From positions 1 through 64,000 of IMG/VR virus record IMGVR_UViG_3300021958_000049: a stretch of 64,000 nt of DNA; one strand, written 5' to 3'. Source of the stretch: a virus. Its lineage: Duplodnaviria; Caudoviricetes. The translations under genes were made by a program, and so were the position numbers. Below are positions 49,674 through 58,846 of the stretch, one piece after another. The stretch's first letter is position 1; the number at the start of each line of letters is the position of its first letter. The notes below the pieces were generated by a model that was not told where the DNA came from, searched no databases, and was given only the letters and a program-made list of their open reading frames with translations.

Positions 49674-50140
49674 ACATTAAGAACAACAAACCTAAAAGAA
49701 ATTCAGGGTACAGTCAAGGATATTTTCCAATTAACGAATGTCAAAAATATGTTGGACCCGGCCCAATAATATACCGTTCCTCTTGGGAGCGAAAGTTTTG
49801 TATGTATTGCGAATCAAATCCGCAAATTGTTCAATGGTCATCCGAACCAGTAAAGATTAAATATATAAACAGTCTTGATGGTAGAGAACATTCTTATTTC
49901 CCTGATTATTATATGAAATTAGATGATGGCAAAGAATTTCTCATCGAAGTAAAACCATCTTCACAATTAAAAAAACCAAATCCACCGAAACGAAAAACTA
50001 AAAAAAGTGTAGCAAATTACAAATATGCATATGAGATGTATATAACTAACATGTGTAAAATTCAATTTGCTGAACATTGGTGTAATAAACGAGGATGGAA
50101 TTTCTTAGTAGTTACCGAAACATTTTTTAATAAAAAGTAA
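49670..50140 (+). CDS. gp4: gp4 head-completion nuclease (TnsA-like PD-(D/E)xK)
   Basis: IIYRSSWERKFC.YC..NP.I.QWSSEP..I.Y...DG....YFPD....LIEVKP. Confidence 0.88.
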   Translation: MNIKNNKPKRNSGYSQGYFPINECQKYVGPGPIIYRSSWERKFCMYCESNPQIVQWSSEPVKIKYINSLDGREHSYFPDYYMKLDDGKEFLIEVKPSSQLKKPNPPKRKTKKSVANYKYAYEMYITNMCKIQFAEHWCNKRGWNFLVVTETFFNKK

Positions 50141-50146
50141 TAATTC

Positions 50147-50821
50147 ATGGGAGATAATATTAGAGGAGAGGCTTTTGCAGAATTACCAGAATTAGAAGAA
50201 ATAAAAGGTAACTTTGAGGCATATGTTCAATTATGGGAACGCAAATATGGTGGTGGAAATCAAGCAGCTAAATATGCCTATGAATGGTTCGAGGAAACTT
50301 TAGCCGATAAAGATTCTACTTATATACAATCGACTGGTGGACCTACATTAACGTGGGGCAAGTTATATCATTTTAGATATGATCCAGTAACAAGAGATAA
50401 ATTATCATACTTTGATAAATCTCCAATGATACTATCGTTAGGCCAAGATAAAAAGGGATTGGAAGTTGGATTGAATTTAAACTTCTTACCTAAAGTTGCT
50501 AGATATTGGATGGTTGGGCAGATATTTAAAATATACGAGAAATCTATTATTAATGCAGCAAAAGGAAAAAATTGGAGACGAGCCTCAGATCAAGAAGAAG
50601 TACAATTAGAATATAAATTATTAGAAGCTAATTTAGGTAAGTGGGGATTAGGGCATTGTATACGTAGATATTACTTAAATAAGATGAGCGAGTTAGCGGT
50701 TGTTTGCTATGAAGATTGGATTAGGGCCGTAATGATTAATTGGAATGATTACGAAGGTATACGTGAAAATGATGTAAAAACTTTATATGAACAGTATATC
50801 GTAAAGTCACAAAAAAGATAG
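50147..50821 (+). CDS. gp2: gp2 DNA end-protector protein
   Basis: GKLYHFRYDP, YFDKSP, GLNLNFLP and CIRRY. Confidence 0.8.
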   Translation: MGDNIRGEAFAELPELEEIKGNFEAYVQLWERKYGGGNQAAKYAYEWFEETLADKDSTYIQSTGGPTLTWGKLYHFRYDPVTRDKLSYFDKSPMILSLGQDKKGLEVGLNLNFLPKVARYWMVGQIFKIYEKSIINAAKGKNWRRASDQEEVQLEYKLLEANLGKWGLGHCIRRYYLNKMSELAVVCYEDWIRAVMINWNDYEGIRENDVKTLYEQYIVKSQKR

Positions 50822-50851
50822 GAATATATAACTTAATAAAAAAAAGAAAAA

Positions 50852-52441
50852 ATGGCAGGATTTGTAGAAAGAGGTGATAATGCAGGCGGACCTAGATTCG
50901 TTGCATCAAATGCCTTAAAACAGCTTAGTTCTTTTGGGATGAAATACGATGACATGGTTCTTCGTAACTCACAAGCCGTTGGTATTGTTGAAGATCAATT
51001 TGGATGGACTTATGACCCTAGAGGTTTAGTTGGAGGTGATTATGATGATTATGCATTATTTGCTAATTTAGCATTATCAGATATTGCTTTAAAGAAATCA
51101 ATATCAGTATTCGATAAATCATATCCTAAGAAACGTGAGGAACTTAGAAGATTTGCAGTACAAGATGAAATTGAAGAAATACTAGACACTCTTTGTGACG
51201 AATGTGTTGTTTATGATGACAAAAATTATTTTTGCGATCCCCTTTTATTCGATGACGATTTATTAGCTACTGAAAAGGTTGATGAAATTCGAGGAGCTAT
51301 TTCTGTTAATTTTAAAAGAATTTATCAATATTTTGGCTTTAATAACGATATCACCGCCTGGTCATATTTTAGAAAATGGCTAGTTGATGGTTACCTTGCG
51401 TTTGAGATAATATATGATAACGATCAAAGGAACGTTATAGGATTTAAAGAGATCGATCCAATAACGCTAGAACCAGGTATTGACGATCAAGGAAAAAGAG
51501 TATGGAAACAATTTAAAGATGTTCCTGGAAAAGCTCGAATGTTATACGATTCACAAGTTATATACATATCGTATGCTAACATGAATTCGCCAACTCGAAT
51601 ATCTTACGTTGAAAGACTTATTCGTTCATTTAATTTATTAAGAATCATGGAGCATTCTAGAATTATATGGGCAGTAGTTAACTCATCGTTTAAAACTAAA
51701 TTTATTATACCTGTTGGTGGTAAATCTAAAACAAGAGCAAAGCAATCTCTTGGTGTTTTAATGCAAAACTATAGAGAACAAGTTGATTTTGATTATGATA
51801 GTGGCGAATTAAAAACAAATGGTCGTCCGATGATGCCATTTAATAAAGAATATTGGTTACCTGAAGGAGATGCCGGTTCCCCACAAATTGAAACTATTGG
51901 TGGCGATGGACCTGATTTATCTGATACTGATTCCTTAAAATACTTTAAAGAAAATTTACGTAGGGTTTCTAAAATTCCTATGAATCGTTTTGATGTCGAA
52001 AATCCACCATCATGGGAAATCAATGCAGAGGGATTAACAAGAGATGAAATTAAATTCGGTAGATTTATTAATCGTTTGAGGTCAGTTTTCCAAGAAATTG
52101 TGGTAAAACCTCTTTGGATTCAAATGACTTTAGATTATCCTGACTTAATGAATGATGATTCTTTCAAATCTCAAGTCGGTGTTAAATTTAATAAGTATAA
52201 CGTATTTGAGGAAATGAAAGAAATGGAATTACTTCAAAAACGAATAGACTTTATTACTACCATGAAAGATGGATTAGTTGATTATGATCCAAATGGAAAT
52301 GAGATTAAATACTTCTCTTCTGAATTCTTGATTAGAAGATTCTTAGATTTAAGTGAAGATGATATTCGATCAAATGCGAAAATGAAAAAGAAGGAACAGG
52401 AAGAACTAGACGCAATGGCAGATGAAGAGGATAATATATAA
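50852..52441 (+). CDS. gp20: Portal protein
   Basis: FRKWLVDG, SYVERLIRSFNLLRIMEHSRIIW, EYWLP...GSPQIETIGG and SKIPMNRF. Confidence 0.93.
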   Translation: MAGFVERGDNAGGPRFVASNALKQLSSFGMKYDDMVLRNSQAVGIVEDQFGWTYDPRGLVGGDYDDYALFANLALSDIALKKSISVFDKSYPKKREELRRFAVQDEIEEILDTLCDECVVYDDKNYFCDPLLFDDDLLATEKVDEIRGAISVNFKRIYQYFGFNNDITAWSYFRKWLVDGYLAFEIIYDNDQRNVIGFKEIDPITLEPGIDDQGKRVWKQFKDVPGKARMLYDSQVIYISYANMNSPTRISYVERLIRSFNLLRIMEHSRIIWAVVNSSFKTKFIIPVGGKSKTRAKQSLGVLMQNYREQVDFDYDSGELKTNGRPMMPFNKEYWLPEGDAGSPQIETIGGDGPDLSDTDSLKYFKENLRRVSKIPMNRFDVENPPSWEINAEGLTRDEIKFGRFINRLRSVFQEIVVKPLWIQMTLDYPDLMNDDSFKSQVGVKFNKYNVFEEMKEMELLQKRIDFITTMKDGLVDYDPNGNEIKYFSSEFLIRRFLDLSEDDIRSNAKMKKKEQEELDAMADEEDNI

Positions 52442-52499
52442 TCCTATTTACATAATTGAACAATGATATATAATAAAAAGTTAAAATAATCTATAAATA

Positions 52500-54251
52500 A
52501 TGGATCAACCGAAATTATTGGTATTAGAGAGATCAACTTCGATTCTCGAAGCAAGTGCCGACGAAAAATATGTTTTGGAGGGAGTCTTTTCAGAGATTGG
52601 GAAAAAGAATAAGAACAATCGTATATATGATGAAAAGGAATTAATACCTCACATAGAAGCATTGCAAGAAAAAATTAAAACTGGAAAGTTATTAGGTGAA
52701 TTAGATCACCCAAAACAATTCGATATCTCATTAAAAAACGTATCACACGTAATAGAAGATATTACTTATGATAAAGCTAATAAAGTTGTTAAAGGTAAGA
52801 TTCGTTTGTTAGACACTGAATCTGGAAAACAAGCTAAAGCGCTTGTTGATGGTGGAATTCCTATTCATATTTCTAGTAGAGCTGCTGGTGTTGTTGAGAA
52901 CAACGGTCATGTTAAAATTAAAAAGCTTTTCACTTACGATTTAGTCGCTGATCCTGGATTCGAAAACGCAGAATTAAAACGAGTTAATGAAGCGTATGGA
53001 TTTGGTGAAGATGATAACGTACAAATATACGAATTAGAAGGATATATAGAAAATAACAATATAGAAATACAAAAAGAACTCGATACAATGGAAAATATCA
53101 AAGATACTACACCCATTAATGAAGGTCAAGGTAATTTCGTTTCAGTAGAAGATTTCAACGAATACTCTAAAATTATTAAAGAGCAATTCGAATCTTTAAA
53201 AGCCGATATTGGTAATGTTACAGAAAGCGACCAAACTCCGGATTTAATAAAATATACTGAAAGGGTTGCTAAACGAGTTAACGATCTATCTTCATATATG
53301 GAGAAAGTTAGCGAAAACGTTGATAATCTAATCTCACATAACGATTATATTATTGAGAACCTTGATAAGGTAAAAGATTATGCTGAATATGTTGGTCTTA
53401 AAACCGATCAAAATATTGAGTACTCAAAACATGTTGTTGAAGGAGTAAATAATAGATTTGCTTACCAAGATTACGTAAACGAAAACGTTGATAAAGTTAT
53501 TGACTATCAAAATTATTTAGTTGAAGGTATTGATGCGGCTGTTTCATATAGCGAATATATTAAAGAGAACGTTGAAAACTTAGGTAAATATACAGATTAT
53601 ATAGTTAAATCTTTAAACGAAACTAAAGAGGAAGTAGTAAAAACCGAAGAAACGGTAAATGAATCTACTGAATCTACTGAAACTGCTTCAGAAGAAACAG
53701 TTATTACAGAAAATGAAACTTACAAATTAGAATTAACAAATAAAATTCAAGCGTTAGTCGAATCCGCTAAGACGCAAAAAGTGGAAGAAACGTCTGCTAA
53801 CACCCACTTCTTAAATTTCTTAGATGAATCACGAAGAACTGAATTTAAAGCATTTGATGATGAGACTAAAACGAAAGTTATTAGAGCTTATGAGTCAGAT
53901 ACTTGGTTCGGATCAACGGATGCATCAGGTATTTGGGAGTCGGTATTCGCTGAGCCTGTTAAATCAATAGACTGGCTAGAAAATATGCCTGAGAAACATC
54001 AAAGTGCATGGGATTCTTTAAATGAATCACAACAAACTGCGATTAAAGCTCAAGCATCTGTGAGAAATCTCGATACACAGTATAAGATCGATCACTTCTG
54101 GGCAACTAGAGATTTACGTTCGCATAATCCATCTGAACAAATAAATGAAGGAATTTCTTTGAATGAGTCGAAAGACGATTCGAAATACGAAACTTCATCT
54201 GTTTACATGGAATCTGTTACAGAAGGACTTAAACGACGCTTTAACAAATAA
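52500..54251 (+). CDS. gp21: Prohead protease fused to scaffolding core (gp21 + gp22)
   Basis: KNKNNRIY, LLGELDHP, ISSRAAG and YDLVADPG in the N-terminal ~165 aa. The acidic coiled-coil C-terminus carries many xNE|S sites. Confidence 0.88.
   Translation: MDQPKLLVLERSTSILEASADEKYVLEGVFSEIGKKNKNNRIYDEKELIPHIEALQEKIKTGKLLGELDHPKQFDISLKNVSHVIEDITYDKANKVVKGKIRLLDTESGKQAKALVDGGIPIHISSRAAGVVENNGHVKIKKLFTYDLVADPGFENAELKRVNEAYGFGEDDNVQIYELEGYIENNNIEIQKELDTMENIKDTTPINEGQGNFVSVEDFNEYSKIIKEQFESLKADIGNVTESDQTPDLIKYTERVAKRVNDLSSYMEKVSENVDNLISHNDYIIENLDKVKDYAEYVGLKTDQNIEYSKHVVEGVNNRFAYQDYVNENVDKVIDYQNYLVEGIDAAVSYSEYIKENVENLGKYTDYIVKSLNETKEEVVKTEETVNESTESTETASEETVITENETYKLELTNKIQALVESAKTQKVEETSANTHFLNFLDESRRTEFKAFDDETKTKVIRAYESDTWFGSTDASGIWESVFAEPVKSIDWLENMPEKHQSAWDSLNESQQTAIKAQASVRNLDTQYKIDHFWATRDLRSHNPSEQINEGISLNESKDDSKYETSSVYMESVTEGLKRRFNK
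53247..53624 (+). repeat. Nine degenerate 14-aa repeats in the scaffold
   Basis: IKYTERVAKRVNDL / SSYMEKVSENVDNL / ISHNDYIIENLDKV / KDYAEYVGLKTDQN / IEYSKHVVEGVNNR / FAYQDYVNENVDKV / IDYQNYLVEGIDAA / VSYSEYIKENVENL / GKYTDYIVKSLNET. Confidence 0.8.
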
Positions 54252-54275
54252 ACCACAAAAAATATTAAGACTATT

Positions 54276-55943
54276 ATGAACTTAATTAATGAATCTGAAA
54301 TTTTCGGAAAATGGGCTCCAATTATCGAGTCAACTACTGGAATCGAAGACAAAGGTAAATTAGGGTGGATGTCTAAATATTGCCATAACCACGAGTTGTA
54401 TGAGAATAATTCTTATGCACAAGTTGGATCTGTAAACGGTATGGGATCAGTAAGATTTCCTGGTAACCCAGGAGCTCAAACTGCTTTCGGTGCTCAAACT
54501 ACAGGATCTGGTGATAAGCCTTACACTCTTCTTCCGCTTGCAATGCAAGTTGCTGCACAAACTGTTGGATTAGACTTAGTACCAGTTGTTCCTATGAACG
54601 GACCAATGGGTATCTTAACTTATTTAGACTTTGTGTACGGTGGAGGTAAAGTACCTACTGTTGGACAAACTGGTGGATCAATCACAACTGCTGGAACAAC
54701 TCCAGACATGCCATTACTAATTAAAGTAGATGGTGCAATCACTGCTGCTGGTGGAACATTTACTGCTGCTCCTGTTGCCGGTGAACAAGTAGTATCAAAT
54801 ACTGGTGCTACATTTACTTTCGTAGGTGAATCTAGAATCGATGGATTTGACATCTTTAAAGTAGACGCATTAGCCGCTAGCCAAAACGTTGCTGCTGCAC
54901 TTGTTGCAGGTACAACATTAACATGGACTGCTGGTGGAACTGGTGTAATTACTACTTCAGGTTCTCCTGCTCTAGTAAAAGCACTAGAAGATCACGTAAT
55001 TGGTTTCTCTTCTAACAAATGGGATGGTTCTTCTGAGCCAATGTCAAGATTAGAAGGTGAAGGTACACAAGATAACGTAATGAACTTAAGCCTATTCAAC
55101 AAATCAGTTGAGGCTAAAACTTACCAAGTTGCTGCTGCAGTAACTCGTGAGCAAGTTCAAGATCTTAAGCAATTCGGTATCGATGCTGTTGCACAAGTTG
55201 AATCTGTACTTATCAATGAGTTAACTCAAGATATTAACAGAAACATCCTTGAAAGACTACGTAGACTTGGTTATACTAACCACGGTAATGTGTACAAAAC
55301 TCAAGGTGTTCAATTCAACTTATTAGTTGGAACTACTACTGGTAACACATACTCTGCAATTCCTGCTCTAGCTGCTTTAAATAGTGCTGGTTCTGATGGT
55401 GTAGCGGTATTTGGTGCTGCTGGTACTTACAATCCGGTAGTTGCATCTTCTGAAACTAACTCTGCTGCTGAGAATTTACATACTAGACAACGTAAAATCA
55501 TGTCTAAAATTCTTGCAACTGCGAACTTAATCGCAATCAGAGGTAGACGTGGACCTGCTACTTTCGCCGTTACAAACGGTCAAGTAGGATCTGCTTTACA
55601 AGATGTTGCTGGATTCGTTCCTGCTCCAATGGCAAATACGCTAAATCAACAAACTGGTTCATTGTACCCAATCGGTACTTTAGCTGGATTGGCTATTTAC
55701 GTAGATCCATACATGAGCTGGAGTGATACTCGAGTAACTGTAGGTAGAAAAGGTGATGGAAACTCTCCAGGACTTGTATTCATGCCATACTTAATGGCTG
55801 AATCAGTACAAACTATCGCTGAGGGAACAATGGCGCCAAAAATCGCTGTTAAATCTCGTTACGCTTTAGTTGAAGCTGGATTCCACCCAGAATCTATGTA
55901 CATCACATTCGGTGTAGCAAACGAAGCTGGTGGTTGGGCTTAA
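54276..55943 (+). CDS. gp23: Major capsid protein
   Basis: KWAPII, DLVPVVPMNGPMG, EQVQDLK, LINELTQDINR, GLVFMPY and KSRYAL. Confidence 0.95.
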   Translation: MNLINESEIFGKWAPIIESTTGIEDKGKLGWMSKYCHNHELYENNSYAQVGSVNGMGSVRFPGNPGAQTAFGAQTTGSGDKPYTLLPLAMQVAAQTVGLDLVPVVPMNGPMGILTYLDFVYGGGKVPTVGQTGGSITTAGTTPDMPLLIKVDGAITAAGGTFTAAPVAGEQVVSNTGATFTFVGESRIDGFDIFKVDALAASQNVAAALVAGTTLTWTAGGTGVITTSGSPALVKALEDHVIGFSSNKWDGSSEPMSRLEGEGTQDNVMNLSLFNKSVEAKTYQVAAAVTREQVQDLKQFGIDAVAQVESVLINELTQDINRNILERLRRLGYTNHGNVYKTQGVQFNLLVGTTTGNTYSAIPALAALNSAGSDGVAVFGAAGTYNPVVASSETNSAAENLHTRQRKIMSKILATANLIAIRGRRGPATFAVTNGQVGSALQDVAGFVPAPMANTLNQQTGSLYPIGTLAGLAIYVDPYMSWSDTRVTVGRKGDGNSPGLVFMPYLMAESVQTIAEGTMAPKIAVKSRYALVEAGFHPESMYITFGVANEAGGWA

Positions 55944-55968
55944 TACCTAATACCATAACTTATAGTTT

Positions 55969-56002
55969 CAAAAGGTCTCCTTCGGGAGACCTTTTGTTTT
56001 TT
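55969..56002 (+). terminator. C(UUCG)G-loop intrinsic terminator after the major capsid gene
   Basis: CAAAAGGTCTCC-TTCG-GGAGACCTTTTG followed by a T6 tract. Confidence 0.92.
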
Positions 56003-56040
56003 GATACGAATATATAGAATATAAAATAAACTCTATAGAA

Positions 56041-58389
56041 ATGAATCTAATAACAAGAGGCGAATACGATAGTATCAATGAAGCCGTTATAGGCTTAAGA
56101 AGATTAGCATCTAAGGAAGATTTAGAAGCGGTTAATGACCAGGAATTTAATGAAATGATTAAATTTTTGTTACTACTTAATAATCAAACTGGTGCTCGTT
56201 TATGTGAATCTCATTACACTCTAATAAAAGAATTGATGATAAAATCAGATTTGGTTAACGAATCTAGATTCGAATCAATGGATAGTATAGTTGCTATTAA
56301 TGAAAACTATATCAATGAAGATTGGGATGATGATGTTAGTAAAGGAATAACAACAGCGGCAGTAACAACTGGAGCGGCAGCAGTATCTTTAGCAGCATAC
56401 ATATCTTTCTTATTTAAAAAGAAGAAAATTAGAAAGGCTTGGGAAAAGGTTAGAGATAAAGAATTAGAAGCTGTTAATGTTGATAAGGATTTAGCCGATA
56501 CTATTAAGTCTTATGAACCTGAACTTTCGAAAGAAGAGGTTGCTGATAAAGTTTCTGAAATAGAAAAGAAGAAGGAAGAGGAGAAAACTGCATTAAAAGA
56601 TTTTGATGCTAATAAAAAAGAAGAGGTTGAGAAGACTGAAGATAAATTAAAAAAGACTGAGGATGTTATTAGAGATTTAGATTCGTCAGAGGCTGGTGGT
56701 GAGAAAAAGGAAGAGACCAAGCCAAAGGTAAAACCAAAATCTAAAACTGAGGTTCAGGAAGCTGAGGATACAACAACCGTTGATAAGACTAAAGGTAATA
56801 CTGATGAAGAGGAGGCCACTGGTAAAATACCTGATAAGAAAAAGGAAATTAAAGATATAAAAGATAATTCTGATATAGAGGGCGAATTAGAAAAGCTTCG
56901 AAAAGAAACCGCTAAAATAGAAGATGAAAATAAGAAGATTAAAGAAAAGGGTGGTAAAGACGCTACTAAGAAACTTGAAGCAAAATCTAAGGAAAAAAAG
57001 AAAATATCTGATAAAATAAAGGAAGTTGAAGAAGAAGGAACCCCTGAATTAAAAAAGGCCAAAGACGAATTAAAGGTTTTAAATAAAGATCTTGAAAAAG
57101 AAAAGTCAAATAGAGATAATCAAAAGGATACTATAAAATCTGCTAGAGACGAGGAGGCTATCAAAAAAGAAAAGGAAGATTTAAAATCTAATATAGAATC
57201 TGCTGAGACCGAGATTAAAGATATTAAAGAAAAGGGTAAGCCTCGTGGAACTGATAAAGAAAAGAAACAAGCAATTGATGATGCAACAAAACAAAAGGAA
57301 CAAATTGCGTTAGAGGTTGAAGCTGCCAAAAAGGAAGCTGATAGAATTAGTGGAACTAGTGGTGGTGGCGAAAAAGCTAAAGGTGTTGGTGGAAAAATAT
57401 TTGGATTTTCTTCAGGATACGTACAACAAATAAAGGGTGAACATGCAATCGAAGTGTTACAAGCTAAAAAGGATGCATTGACTACTAATGATACAATATC
57501 AGATAAAGATAAAGCTGCTCAAGAAAAGGCAATTGATGCACAAATAGCAAAAAGTAAAGAATCTATTAAAAATGGAGAAGAGACTTTAAAGAATGCAACC
57601 GACGGCGTTGATGCTTCTGATGAAGAAATTAAAACTGCAGAACAGGGAGTTAAGGATAAGGAATCCGAACAAGAGGCTGAAAAGACTAAAAAAGACGCCA
57701 AAGATAAGGCTAATAAAAAGGAAGCTATTGATGATGAAATAGAAAGACTTAATAAAAAAATTGAAGGAGCTAAAAAAGCTTTAGATGGCGGCAATATCCC
57801 TAAAGGAAAGGAAGAAATGGTAAAAGCTAACATCGATGCATTTAATGATAAGAAGGCAGAGCTACGCAAAATGAAAGATAAGTTAGGTGAGTCTACGTAT
57901 TACAAATTTAATTTAGCTTTATTAGAACGAGATATAGATGCATTATTAAATGAATATAACATTATAGTAGAAACTCGAAAAGAATTATTAGAAGAGGAAC
58001 CTAGCGATCCAAAAGATGATGAATCTGGCAGTGACAAATCGGATAAGAGTAATTCACTAGAAGGAAAAAAGGTTGTACTAGTTGATATGAGAATTAAAGA
58101 TCTTGGAGCGTTAGAAGGTGCTACTGGTGAAATAATTAAAGTGTTTAAAGAAAACGAACGTGAACCTGAAGGAGACTTACCAAGAAGAACAGGAGATCCA
58201 GAAATATTCAAAATTAAATTAGATAAACCAAAGGATCCTATGTATCCAGAAATCAATTTAACCAAAAAGAATTTTAAATTAAAGGAAGATAAGCCGGAAT
58301 CTAAAGAGGAAGGGACTAACGAGAATATTAACGAATCTTTTAGACAACGATTCTATAACGCATATAATGATACAAATAAAAAGATCTAA
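56041..58389 (+). CDS. Large K/E-rich protein with one transmembrane helix; putative head-packaged/ejection protein
   Basis: SINE|A and YINE|D sites; TM-like AAVTTGAAAVSLAAYISFLF followed by KKKK; long charged coiled coil. GAATATATA at 56008-56016. Confidence 0.45.
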   Translation: MNLITRGEYDSINEAVIGLRRLASKEDLEAVNDQEFNEMIKFLLLLNNQTGARLCESHYTLIKELMIKSDLVNESRFESMDSIVAINENYINEDWDDDVSKGITTAAVTTGAAAVSLAAYISFLFKKKKIRKAWEKVRDKELEAVNVDKDLADTIKSYEPELSKEEVADKVSEIEKKKEEEKTALKDFDANKKEEVEKTEDKLKKTEDVIRDLDSSEAGGEKKEETKPKVKPKSKTEVQEAEDTTTVDKTKGNTDEEEATGKIPDKKKEIKDIKDNSDIEGELEKLRKETAKIEDENKKIKEKGGKDATKKLEAKSKEKKKISDKIKEVEEEGTPELKKAKDELKVLNKDLEKEKSNRDNQKDTIKSARDEEAIKKEKEDLKSNIESAETEIKDIKEKGKPRGTDKEKKQAIDDATKQKEQIALEVEAAKKEADRISGTSGGGEKAKGVGGKIFGFSSGYVQQIKGEHAIEVLQAKKDALTTNDTISDKDKAAQEKAIDAQIAKSKESIKNGEETLKNATDGVDASDEEIKTAEQGVKDKESEQEAEKTKKDAKDKANKKEAIDDEIERLNKKIEGAKKALDGGNIPKGKEEMVKANIDAFNDKKAELRKMKDKLGESTYYKFNLALLERDIDALLNEYNIIVETRKELLEEEPSDPKDDESGSDKSDKSNSLEGKKVVLVDMRIKDLGALEGATGEIIKVFKENEREPEGDLPRRTGDPEIFKIKLDKPKDPMYPEINLTKKNFKLKEDKPESKEEGTNENINESFRQRFYNAYNDTNKKI

Positions 58390-58846
58390 ACCTGGTAAAA
58401 ATCCAACTAAGCATGGTATTGTTTTAGAGGGACTTAAACCATTATATCAAAATACGTTAAAGAAATATGAATTCATTAAAGATGTTTGTGACGATGATAA
58501 GTTCTTAAATATAATGTTTAATATAATCGATAAAGAATCTAGGATAAAAAATAAAAGTAAATTTTTTATAGATCCAACGGATTTAAAAATTAAATCTAGA
58601 GATCGTTTACAAGACGAAATACGAATAATTCCTTGGAAATGTTCATTTTGTCAATGCGAAATAAAATCTAAAATGGATAATTTTTCCGTTAAGAATTTTA
58701 CTTGCAAAGATTGCTATGATACATATACTAAAGATGGAAAAATCGTTAGCGAATTAATATTAAATAATTCGGTAGAATTTACGGAACATTGCAAACGATT
58801 AATAAATAAAGATAGAAAAAACTTTTTAAAATACATTTCAAAATAA
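58367..58846 (+). CDS. Hypothetical Zn-finger protein
   Basis: CSFC...CKDC. Confidence 0.5.
   Translation: MIQIKRSKPGKNPTKHGIVLEGLKPLYQNTLKKYEFIKDVCDDDKFLNIMFNIIDKESRIKNKSKFFIDPTDLKIKSRDRLQDEIRIIPWKCSFCQCEIKSKMDNFSVKNFTCKDCYDTYTKDGKIVSELILNNSVEFTEHCKRLINKDRKNFLKYISK

Noticed and set aside
49670-50140. TnsA-like transposase or mobile element
   Set aside because: Sequence and synteny (next to gp2 and portal) fit the core gp4 head-completion nuclease. No TnsB/C or terminal repeats are present.
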